Shown here piece by piece: positions 1-7,067 of a DNA stretch of 59,402 bases. Origin of the DNA: a virus. Below the pieces are notes generated by a model. The model saw only the letters and a list, made by a program, of their open reading frames with translations. It ran no database searches and had not been told where the DNA came from. The position numbers and the translations under genes were made by a program. Position 1 is the stretch's first letter, and every line of letters begins with the position of its first letter. The stretch lies in the IMG/VR virus record IMGVR_UViG_3300045988_086105; one strand, written 5' to 3'.

Positions 1-430
1 CGCATGAGCCGGTTGCCGAAGATGCCCCGTAGTCGCCGGTTGCCGAAGATGCCCCTTTGTAGCCGGTTGCCGAAGATGCCCCGTAGTCTTCATTGCTTCC
101 CGCTTCTTTTTTAACTCTGCTCATGGTAAAATTAATGGCCGCCTTTACCAATCCAGCAACATCCAGTCTCACACCGACCTTTATCTTGGTGGATGCAACC
201 TTAGAATCATCCGTATCTCTGTCAAACTCACCGCTCTGCTCCACCTCATGGTACACAGATGTATTCGGTGAATAATAATTGAGACAATCCAAGGGATACT
301 CGCAAGCATGAAATCCGCTGTGACAAGCATCCGCTTTCTCTTCTTCATACTCCTTGCCCTCTTCGTATTGGAAGCCGCGGCAAGTCATGTCTTTGTTGAA
401 TCCTTTGTAACTTTTAATTACTTCTGCCAT
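1..430 (-). CDS. Repeat-containing hypothetical protein, 5' part of an ORF that crosses the circular junction (continues at 59055..59402)
   Basis: ATG at 430-428 follows an AGGGGA RBS. The frame stays open to base 1 and continues in frame at the window end. Product starts MAEVIKSYKGFNKDMTCRGFQYEEGKEYEE and then enters 9-aa GASSATG(DY/YK/SC) repeats. It is absent from the ORF track because it runs off the window. Confidence 0.6.
   Translation of the reverse strand, partial: MAEVIKSYKGFNKDMTCRGFQYEEGKEYEEEKADACHSGFHACEYPLDCLNYYSPNTSVYHEVEQSGEFDRDTDDSKVASTKIKVGVRLDVAGLVKAAINFTMSRVKKEAGSNEDYGASSATGYKGASSATGDYGASSATGSC
2..82. repeat. 27-bp tandem repeat, three units (variable 9 bp plus GGTTGCCGAAGATGCCCC), in frame within the junction ORF
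   Basis: Units at 2-28, 29-55 and 56-82 share an 18-bp invariant core. The same array is seen at 59306-59402. Confidence 0.95.
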
Positions 431-623
431 TTTCTACATCCCCTTTCGTTGTCTTCTCTTCAAATAATTTTGCGGCAACTTTTGCTACAAACATTAACAT
501 AAGTGGGTCTTCTTCAATTAAAGAATTAAACGGCTCTTCTGCCATTACTTTTGCTATTACATTGCACATTTCATCAGCAGAAATCTCAACTTTTTTATCC
601 ATATCATAATCATTATTAGGCAT
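414..623 (-). CDS. Hypothetical protein (69 aa)
   Basis: ORF-track ORF with a GGAGGAAG RBS upstream of ATG 623. It is tightly packed after the ATPase gene. Confidence 0.5.
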   Translation of the reverse strand: MPNNDYDMDKKVEISADEMCNVIAKVMAEEPFNSLIEEDPLMLMFVAKVAAKLFEEKTTKGDVENGRSN

Positions 624-2568
624 TCTTCGCTTCCTCCACTTTCAAACTCGCATCATCACTTCTGCGGAACATAATCAACTGGCTGTCAACATCAGGAATC
701 TTCCAAGGGTCAAGGCTCTCGGTATCGTCAACCATGATAGGTAATTTCACACCGCACCGCTTCTGAAACGCATTGCAAATGTCAATCTCCGTCAGAATCC
801 TTGCTCCGTGGTTCATGTTCCGACTGTAAGGCTCTCCACTGTATGTAAAGTCGCAACACTCTTCCGTGTCTCCATTCACCAACAGTCTGAACATCCGCAC
901 AGTGCAGAAGCAAAGATATTTATTCACATCAAATTCCAACAGTTCGTTCTTCTTCCTACTAAACCGTTTCAAAAGGTCAAGCTGTGCCTGCACATCCGTA
1001 ATCTTCTGTGCAATGTTCCTGCGCTCCTGTTCCAACTCCGCGATACGCTTATCCACTTTTTCGTTGATTCTAACGCTTGCTATTTTTCTATCCAACTCTG
1101 CTATATCATTACGAAATTCTTCTGACTTTTCTTTTAATTCCTCTCTCAAAAATTTCATGTCGGAATATTTATTCAAATCAAGCTCTTTTTGAGCAATCTG
1201 TTTTTGAATAGCTTTGTATTCTTCCGTTCCAGAAACATCAACATAATCATCCATGCTTTCTAATTCTCGGCTTGCAGAATCAAAATCATTTTGGAGTTTT
1301 GCCAGAAGTTCTTCTTCTTTTTGCAATTCTTCCCTTTTTTCTTCCAAATCTCTCGTATCTGATTCAATCTGGCTCCTTATTTTTTTTCCTTTTGTTTCCA
1401 GTTTCTTCAGTTCTTCAGCTTTATGCTTTTCAAAATCTTCTTCTACAGATTTTGCTTTATCCTTTCCATAATGCTGTCCGCAGTAAGGACAATAAAGAGA
1501 ATTTTCATCAAATTTCCTTGTGCTGGCTGTTTCCCATTCTTTTTTTAATGTTTCTCTTTCTTTTTTTGCTGTCTCGATTCCGATTTGGATGGATTCAATT
1601 TCTCCATTTAACTTTTTAACCTTATATTCAGAAATTTTCTTCTTACTGCCTTCGTCCGAAATTTTCTTTTTTTTCTCCTCACGTTTTTTTCTTAAATCCT
1701 CATTTGCTTTATTCTGAAGATTACTAAGCTGGAATTTTAATTCCAGCACTCCATCGGAAAGTCGGTTGTAGTCAGCCATGTTTTCTTCAGTGTCGACAAT
1801 TTTTCTTTCATTTTCAGAAAGTTTTTCCTGCAACGCTTTTTTCTGCAATTCCAGTTCCGCCAGGTCAATGTCAACTTTTTGCCTGCTTACCTCATCAATA
1901 CGGTTTGGAATCTCATCCAGTAAATCTTGCAATCCTTTAATTCCGTTTCTTCCTCTTGTGCCGTACAACTGCGTATTGCAACGCTTTTTCAGTTCATCAA
2001 CTGTTCCATCCTGTAAAATCCCTTTCAGAGACTTAAATTCTGGAAACTGGTCACAAATATCATCATTGCTGCGCTGTCCAAATACATTCGAAAGGATAGC
2101 CCGCTGTTCCGTTCCGCCTTTCAAAAGCAATGTCATGGCGTTAATGCAAAAAGAAAACTTTTCTTTTTCACATATATTTTCTTCAAGGAAACTCTCAAAG
2201 TCAGATGCTTTTTTCGGAATGTTGTTTACATAATAGTCCGTAACATTTCCGTTGAATTCACCTTTTTTATTAAAATTCTTCCGGCATACCTTTTTTAAAA
2301 TCTTGTCTTTTCCTTCAATTTCTACCGTAACTTCTGCGGTAATATCTCCTTCAAAGTCATTACCATCTTTGTCATGCGGTCTAACTCCAGTGATTTCTCT
2401 GCCGTTCTCGTCACGGCATCCAAATACCCACTGGATAGCCTTTTTAATGGTGGACTTTCCAATTTCATTTACACCAGAAATTTCCGTTCTCTTATAAAAA
2501 TCCACCTCCAGAACATTCGCCCCATGGAATTTGCAGAAATTCTGTAAAAAAACATGTTTAATTCTCAT
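616..2568 (-). CDS. SMC/Rad50/SbcC-like ATPase with zinc hook
   Basis: N-terminal Walker A (GVNEIGKST), a long K/E-rich coiled coil with a central CPYCGQ hook-like CxxC, and a C-terminal Walker B/D-loop (LPIMVDDTESLD). Confidence 0.8.
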   Translation of the reverse strand: MRIKHVFLQNFCKFHGANVLEVDFYKRTEISGVNEIGKSTIKKAIQWVFGCRDENGREITGVRPHDKDGNDFEGDITAEVTVEIEGKDKILKKVCRKNFNKKGEFNGNVTDYYVNNIPKKASDFESFLEENICEKEKFSFCINAMTLLLKGGTEQRAILSNVFGQRSNDDICDQFPEFKSLKGILQDGTVDELKKRCNTQLYGTRGRNGIKGLQDLLDEIPNRIDEVSRQKVDIDLAELELQKKALQEKLSENERKIVDTEENMADYNRLSDGVLELKFQLSNLQNKANEDLRKKREEKKKKISDEGSKKKISEYKVKKLNGEIESIQIGIETAKKERETLKKEWETASTRKFDENSLYCPYCGQHYGKDKAKSVEEDFEKHKAEELKKLETKGKKIRSQIESDTRDLEEKREELQKEEELLAKLQNDFDSASRELESMDDYVDVSGTEEYKAIQKQIAQKELDLNKYSDMKFLREELKEKSEEFRNDIAELDRKIASVRINEKVDKRIAELEQERRNIAQKITDVQAQLDLLKRFSRKKNELLEFDVNKYLCFCTVRMFRLLVNGDTEECCDFTYSGEPYSRNMNHGARILTEIDICNAFQKRCGVKLPIMVDDTESLDPWKIPDVDSQLIMFRRSDDASLKVEEAKNA

Positions 2569-2719
2569 TTTTTCCTCTCCTTATTATTTTTGTATGCCGC
2601 TTTTCGTAGTTGTAAACCTTATAGTAAGTTGGCTCGCTGTTTTCAATACGCCATGAACAGCTTTCAGTTATTCCTTTTTCACTCATTTTTTCCTTTACCT
2701 CACGCGTCAGTTTCTTCAT
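2558..2719 (-). CDS. Hypothetical protein (53 aa; start moved to the internal ATG)
   Basis: ATG 2719 overlaps the upstream stop as ATGA and follows a GGAGGA RBS. The longer track ORF (to 2779) lies inside the preceding gene. Confidence 0.45.
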   Translation of the reverse strand: MKKLTREVKEKMSEKGITESCSWRIENSEPTYYKVYNYEKRHTKIIRRGKNEN

Positions 2720-3111
2720 ACAGAATCCTCCGCAAGCCTCGTGTATTTCCATGCAGTTATTGCATTGGCATTCTGACAACTTATTGAGGTTTTCCCGTTG
2801 TTAAATACATAGGGAATCCCATTTCCAGAAAAAGCAAAATATCTTTCCAGCCATTCTCCATGCGGTTTGTTTCTCACAAAAACTTTCGCATCTACAGGAA
2901 TCTTCGTCCAATCCGTTTCTTCACAATCTTTCTCTGCCCAGTCTTTCGCATTTTCAAAACAGTCTACATTCTTTCCTGTTTGAAAAACGCAGGCAAAACA
3001 AGACATTTCTTTGCAAGCTCGTACTTGTTTTGTGTTTTTATCAATTCCCATTGAGTCCTCGGAAAGGAAAATATCAACAAGCTGTTCCGCATACTTCTCT
3101 CGGTTCTTCAT
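2716..3111 (-). CDS. Hypothetical Cys-rich protein (131 aa)
   Basis: Track ORF with ATGA overlap to the upstream SLT gene. No recognisable motif. Confidence 0.55.
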   Translation of the reverse strand: MKNREKYAEQLVDIFLSEDSMGIDKNTKQVRACKEMSCFACVFQTGKNVDCFENAKDWAEKDCEETDWTKIPVDAKVFVRNKPHGEWLERYFAFSGNGIPYVFNNGKTSISCQNANAITAWKYTRLAEDSV

Positions 3112-3590
3112 TTTCCATGTCTCCTTTCTAATTCTTCGCTCCTGGTTAATATCCCATCAGCGTATTTGCTTACTTGTCCACTTTTAGATTTTTTAACGGC
3201 GTTTTCTTCGCCGTGATAAACCATCAATACCGTGGACACCTCTCCATATTCTTGAAACAGCTCTGCCAGATAGTCAGTTCCTACATGGATATTTCCGTCA
3301 ATATCGTAGATGTCGGTAACTTCCAGCCGTTCCATTCTTTCCGTATGCCACCTGTCTGAAATCTGCATCAATCCCTTGCAACTTCCATTTTTCGCATCTG
3401 GATTTCCGGCAGACTCCCGTTCAATTATCGCCATAATAAGTTCCGGACAAATATTGTATTCTTCTCCATACTTATTGCATGTTTCCTGTATTTCCTCCGG
3501 CAGTTCTGAAATATCTTCTTCCGCATACGCTGTCATGGAAAAGAAAAGCGACATTATAATAGGAAGAAACAGCTTTATTGTCGTTCTCAT
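3108..3590 (-). CDS. Secreted lytic transglycosylase (SLT domain)
   Basis: Signal-peptide-like N-terminus (MRTTIKLFLPIIMSLFFSMTAYA) and an SLT catalytic motif (ERESAGNPDAKNGSCKGLMQI). Confidence 0.8.
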   Translation of the reverse strand: MRTTIKLFLPIIMSLFFSMTAYAEEDISELPEEIQETCNKYGEEYNICPELIMAIIERESAGNPDAKNGSCKGLMQISDRWHTERMERLEVTDIYDIDGNIHVGTDYLAELFQEYGEVSTVLMVYHGEENAVKKSKSGQVSKYADGILTRSEELERRHGK

Positions 3591-4354
3591 GCACTTTCCT
3601 CCTCGATAGGTTCAATGCCAATCTCTTTCAGCTTGTTATACAAGAACATTCTGCCTTTTTGTGTCCAGACGGTAAGTGGCTTTGTTCCGGTACTTCCGTC
3701 ATGCTTAACATAATCATTTGTCTTTGTTCTCACATAACCCTTACCCTGGAAGTCTGCGTACAATATCCACTGGTCACCGACTTTTCTCTGAATGCCGGCC
3801 GTTCTTAAAACTGAATTGAACCTCACCGCACTCATTCCGTAGTCCTGTGCAATCTGTGTGACTGTCATACAGTCGTTAGATGAAAGAATCTTGTCCACAT
3901 AGTCAACTTTAGGTGTCATATCGGTAATCACGGCATCCATCTGTTGCACCGTGGTCTGCAACTGCTTAACCTCTTCCTCTTTCTGCGCAAGCATCCTCTG
4001 TGCTTCGACAACTGCAAGCGCAATCAATTCCTGTCCGGTAGGGATATGTGCCTTGATGGCATCTTCCATTTCGTGGAAACGGTCAATGTACTTTGCCGTA
4101 AATTCTGTTCCCCTAACTCCGGTCATCTTATGTGCTATGAACTCGCAACCTTTCTTCGTTACCAGGTAGCAAGGCTGTGTCTTGTTTTGGCTGTTCTGAT
4201 AGGTACTTTCTGTAAAGAAATCGGACTGGGAAATATTCCCCTGTCCTAATTGCTCATAATATCTTCTGATATCCTTAAGCAAATCGTTATGCTGTTTCCC
4301 TACCATTTCCGCTACTTCCACGGAAGATATTGTTTTCTGTTCTAATTCGTTCAT
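3587..4354 (-). CDS. Rha-family regulatory protein fused to a KilAC/ANT antirepressor C-terminal domain
   Basis: N-terminus SSVEVAEMVGKQHNDLLKDIRRY is Rha-like. C-terminus DKILSSNDCMTVTQIAQDYGMSAVRFNSVL is KilAC-like. Confidence 0.8.
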   Translation of the reverse strand: MNELEQKTISSVEVAEMVGKQHNDLLKDIRRYYEQLGQGNISQSDFFTESTYQNSQNKTQPCYLVTKKGCEFIAHKMTGVRGTEFTAKYIDRFHEMEDAIKAHIPTGQELIALAVVEAQRMLAQKEEEVKQLQTTVQQMDAVITDMTPKVDYVDKILSSNDCMTVTQIAQDYGMSAVRFNSVLRTAGIQRKVGDQWILYADFQGKGYVRTKTNDYVKHDGSTGTKPLTVWTQKGRMFLYNKLKEIGIEPIEEESA

Positions 4355-4400
4355 TGTTCTCCTTTCTGTGGTATACTCTCCTATAAAGGAGGTGATTCTA

Positions 4401-4601
4401 TTGAAAACATTACAACTAAATGGTTTTTGCAGATTTGCAAATAAAAAATGTTCTATTCTTGTAAATATTCCTCATGATTCTGACCTAGAAAAATCTCGCC
4501 AAAGAATTAAAATTGGCAGAATCAACTGCGATTATGCAAAAATAGTCCGGTGCAATCCCCAAAAATGTCCAATACTAGAATCTAATCACTTGGAGTTTTG
4601 A
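4401..4601 (+). CDS. Small Cys-rich hypothetical protein, TTG start (66 aa)
   Basis: Perfect RBS AAGGAGGTGA (4386-4395) lies 5 nt before TTG 4401. It fills an otherwise empty 230-nt gap between minus-strand genes. The upstream element is shared with 5049..5228. Confidence 0.4.
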   Translation: MKTLQLNGFCRFANKKCSILVNIPHDSDLEKSRQRIKIGRINCDYAKIVRCNPQKCPILESNHLEF

Positions 4602-4813
4602 CATTTTCTTTCATAAAAAGGTTTGTAAAACTCTGGCAATTGTGGAACCACATAGGAATCAATTTCAATGTTATCGTCCGCAAATATAACCTTCAATTCT
4701 GGTTTATCTGTCATTGCATCATGTGAAAATGACAAACTCTTGATTCCATGGATTTCTTTCCCATCCTGATACAAATGTGTGGTTCCATTTTTTTCTGAAA
4801 CAACTTTTAACAT
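4586..4813 (-). CDS. Hypothetical protein (75 aa)
   Basis: Track ORF in the compact early operon. Confidence 0.5.
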   Translation of the reverse strand: MLKVVSEKNGTTHLYQDGKEIHGIKSLSFSHDAMTDKPELKVIFADDNIEIDSYVVPQLPEFYKPFYERKCQNSK

Positions 4814-4831
4814 AATTTTCCTTTCCCAAAT

Positions 4832-4987
4832 TTAATTTTTGATGACTTCACAGTCTTTATCCTGCTTCTTAACAGATTCCTCTGCCATCTTCTCTGTCTT
4901 GCCGAGAATATATCCCTTGTCGAAATCGGACATATTCGGAATGGCTCTCTTTAACTTCTCAACAATTTTTTTCTCTTTTTCACTCAT
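4832..4987 (-). CDS. Hypothetical protein (51 aa, MSEKEKKIVEKLKRAIPNMSDFDKGY...)
   Basis: Hand-translated ORF below the track cutoff. AAAGGAAGTGA RBS before ATG 4987. Confidence 0.5.
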   Translation of the reverse strand: MSEKEKKIVEKLKRAIPNMSDFDKGYILGKTEKMAEESVKKQDKDCEVIKN

Positions 4988-5048
4988 TCAATTCACTTCC
5001 TTTTTGCGATATACTCTCCTTATCTTTTTAATAAGGAGGTGAAATAAT

Positions 5049-5228
5049 TTGGATTCTAAAGAATACACATCTGCTTATGCTATTGCTAAAATCTGTGGAT
5101 ATACCGGAAGTTTTGATGATTTTAAGAACCTGTACACCCAATACTATTCAGAAATCGTCAATTCTTTACCGGAAGAAAAACAGGTCAGGCAAAATGTGAA
5201 GCAACTATCAATCCAATGCGCAATATAA
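5049..5228 (+). CDS. Small hypothetical protein, TTG start (59 aa)
   Basis: RBS AAGGAGGTGA (5033-5042) lies 6 nt before TTG 5049. It fills a 244-nt gap between minus-strand genes and is preceded by the same TATACTCTCCT...AAGGAGGTGA element as 4401..4601. Confidence 0.4.
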   Translation: MDSKEYTSAYAIAKICGYTGSFDDFKNLYTQYYSEIVNSLPEEKQVRQNVKQLSIQCAI

Positions 5229-5231
5229 GAA

Positions 5232-5414
5232 CTATTTTTTAATTGCCAGTAGTGCCATTGAGAGAGAATCGAGGATTTTACACCGTTGCTGTATTTCTTC
5301 GATTCTCTTCTCATCTTTACAATATTCTTCTGCAATAATAAGTGCCATGCACTCTACGCTGTCGGACAAAGTCATGCTAGTACCATCAATTTTATATCCA
5401 TATGGCTTTTTCAT
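5232..5414 (-). CDS. Small protein at the Cro position (60 aa)
   Basis: Internal ATG 5414 with a GAGGTGAG RBS. First gene downstream of a consensus leftward promoter, divergent from the XRE repressor gene. Confidence 0.5.
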   Translation of the reverse strand: MKKPYGYKIDGTSMTLSDSVECMALIIAEEYCKDEKRIEEIQQRCKILDSLSMALLAIKK

Positions 5415-5448
5415 ATTCTCACCTCTCTTCTGTTGACCTTGTAAACAC

Positions 5449-5477
5449 ATTATAGTCCCTGAGAAACTTTATGTCAA
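5449..5477 (-). promoter_or_regulatory. Consensus sigma70-type promoter (TTGACA-17-TATAAT) reading leftward
   Basis: -35 is the reverse complement of 5472-5477 and -10 the reverse complement of 5449-5454, with exactly 17 nt between them. It overlaps a TGTTGAC/GTCAACA operator repeat. Confidence 0.7.
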
Positions 5478-5487
5478 CATATTTTTG

Positions 5488-5516
5488 TTGACTTGGGGAC
5501 TTTTTTGATGTATATT
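5488..5516 (+). promoter_or_regulatory. Sigma70-type promoter (TTGACT-17-TATATT) for the XRE gene
   Basis: -35 at 5488-5493 and -10 at 5511-5516. The inverted repeat GTCAACA (5473-79) / TGTTGAC (5486-92) overlaps the -35, and a third TGTTGAC lies at 5431-37. Confidence 0.7.
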
Positions 5517-5538
5517 ATTAGTGAAAGGAGGGATGTAA

Positions 5539-5907
5539 ATGAATGAGAGAATCAAATCTTTGCGAAAGTATTTGAATATGACACAAGATGATTTTTCAAA
5601 GCAAATCGGCTTGTCAAGAAACTATATTGCGCAAGTTGAAATAGGCACGAAGACACCATCTGAAAGAACCATATCTGATATTTGCAGAGAGTTTGATGTA
5701 AACGAAGAATGGCTCCGAAATGGAAGTGGTGAAATGTTTGTTCAGAAATCAAAGGATGAACAAATCTCGGAAATGCTCGGAGAAATTCAAAAGTCCGGTG
5801 AAGATACATTTAAGCACCGTCTTGTATCCGCACTGGCAAACTTGGACGAAGATGGATGGAACGCTTTGGAAAAGTTGATTGATTCAATCGCAAAAAAGAA
5901 CGAATAA
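5539..5907 (+). CDS. XRE-family HTH transcriptional regulator (122 aa)
   Basis: LRKYLNMTQDDFSKQIGLSRNYIAQVEIGTKTPSERTISDICREF is a canonical HTH_3 motif. GGAGGG RBS. Confidence 0.85.
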   Translation: MNERIKSLRKYLNMTQDDFSKQIGLSRNYIAQVEIGTKTPSERTISDICREFDVNEEWLRNGSGEMFVQKSKDEQISEMLGEIQKSGEDTFKHRLVSALANLDEDGWNALEKLIDSIAKKNE

Positions 5908-5947
5908 GAAAAAGCCAAGGGCAATGCGCAAGTCCTTGGCTCTTTTC
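5908..5947. terminator. Bidirectional rho-independent terminator
   Basis: Stem GCCAAGG (5914-20) / CCTTGGC (5934-40), flanked by an A-run upstream and a T-run downstream. Confidence 0.7.
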
Positions 5948-5949
5948 CT

Positions 5950-6057
5950 TTATCTAAGTAATTTTTTAACATAGGCATAAATGCACTCTAACCAATGTAA
6001 ATTATCGCAAGCATTGATTAGCTTTGTGATTTCCTCTTTGTAATCTTCTTTCCCCAT
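5950..6057 (-). CDS. 35-aa micro-protein under a LexA-box promoter (MGKEDYKEEITKLINACDNLHWLECIYAYVKKLLR)
   Basis: ATG 6057 follows an AGGGGGTG RBS and the stop is at 5950. The gene sits between the SOS promoter and the bidirectional terminator. Confidence 0.45.
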   Translation of the reverse strand: MGKEDYKEEITKLINACDNLHWLECIYAYVKKLLR

Positions 6058-6100
6058 AGTACACCCCCTAATCTTTCCGCACTTGGTAGCGATACATCAC

Positions 6101-6129
6101 ATTATAGAACATATGTTCTAAACAATCAA
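6101..6129 (-). promoter_or_regulatory. Sigma70-type promoter (TTGATT-17-TATAAT) with a Cheo-type LexA box in the spacer
   Basis: -35 is the reverse complement of 6124-6129 and -10 the reverse complement of 6101-6106. The palindrome TAGAACATATGTTCTA (6105-6120) contains GAAC-N4-GTTC. Confidence 0.65.
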
Positions 6130-6134
6130 TATAT

Positions 6135-6163
6135 TTGACGCACGTTTTTTATTGTTGTAAAAT
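6135..6163 (+). promoter_or_regulatory. Sigma70-type promoter (TTGACG-17-TAAAAT) for the CI-like gene
   Basis: -35 at 6135-6140 and -10 at 6158-6163, with a 17-nt spacer. It lies back to back with the LexA-box promoter. Confidence 0.55.
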
Positions 6164-6275
6164 ATCAACAAAAAGAGGACGGTGAAAACGCCAATAAACA
6201 CCGCCCTCGCCAGAACTTGAATCCCTTGCCAACAGGGATGCTATCATTGTAATCGAGATAAAGGGGACGAGAAAC

Positions 6276-7067
6276 ATGATTGAAAAAGAATTGGTTAAAA
6301 GAATTTCGACAAAACTCATCGTTGATAAAGAAAATTTTATGCGAAGTTTTCGTTGGAATTTGGGAAAATTTATCGAAACACCGGAAATTACAATCAAACA
6401 GCTTTCTGAAGAATCTGGAATTCCATACGCAACTCTTAATTCTGTCTTGTACGGAAATTCTAGCGATGTCAAATTATCCACAGCAATCTCTTTGTCAAAA
6501 GCATTGGGAATCAGCATTGACGAACTTGTCGGTGCCGGAACCATGGAAGATAAAATGATGGAATCGGTAAAAATATGCCGGGCACTTCCAGAACATTCCT
6601 TATATCTTGTTCGTTATTTGATTCGCCATCAGGGGAAAATATATTCTGAATTAGGTTATAAGCAGAAATACATTTCTGTTATCAAGCCACAGCTTATCAA
6701 CGGTATAATTGCTACTACCAATGCTGTAGAGCCTATGTGCGTGGATAATCTGCCAGAAGATGTCAAATCGAAGGCTTACATTGGGATTCAAATCCCATGC
6801 GATTACTACATGCCTTTTTATTTGCCTGGAGAAATTCTTTTGCTTGCCGCTGACCGGGAGGAGCAAGGCGGGGAGCGTTGTGTGGTTACCAGTAATGGAG
6901 GAATCTATATTGTTGTAAAAATCCATGTGTTTGAAAATGGAAAAATTGTCTGGAAGTACGTTCCTCTAATGTCTCCAGAAAGTATTCTTCCAGACGGAAT
7001 TATTGATGAAAAAATTGGATATGTGGTAGGTTTTTTAGATGTTAATGGTGTCTGGGGAATACGATAA
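6276..7067 (+). CDS. CI/LexA-like repressor: XRE HTH plus an S24-like C-terminal domain with a substituted catalytic Ser
   Basis: HTH: IKQLSEESGIPYATLNSVLYGNSSDVKLSTAISLSKALGISIDELVG. The C-terminus follows the S24 pattern (GEILLLAADRE..GGERCVVTSNGGIYIVVKI), but CDYYMP stands where GDSMxP is expected. Confidence 0.75.
   Translation: MIEKELVKRISTKLIVDKENFMRSFRWNLGKFIETPEITIKQLSEESGIPYATLNSVLYGNSSDVKLSTAISLSKALGISIDELVGAGTMEDKMMESVKICRALPEHSLYLVRYLIRHQGKIYSELGYKQKYISVIKPQLINGIIATTNAVEPMCVDNLPEDVKSKAYIGIQIPCDYYMPFYLPGEILLLAADREEQGGERCVVTSNGGIYIVVKIHVFENGKIVWKYVPLMSPESILPDGIIDEKIGYVVGFLDVNGVWGIR

Noticed and set aside
2-82. Direct repeats with variable 9-bp 'spacers' as a possible CRISPR array
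   Set aside because: The period is only 27 bp, with an 18-bp repeat and a 9-bp variable part. The array is in frame within an ORF and encodes a 9-aa peptide repeat. No cas genes are present.
6149-6544. 131-aa minus-strand ORF across the CI-like gene start and its promoter
   Set aside because: It is antisense to a motif-supported HTH gene and runs through two promoters and the LexA box. It has no RBS.
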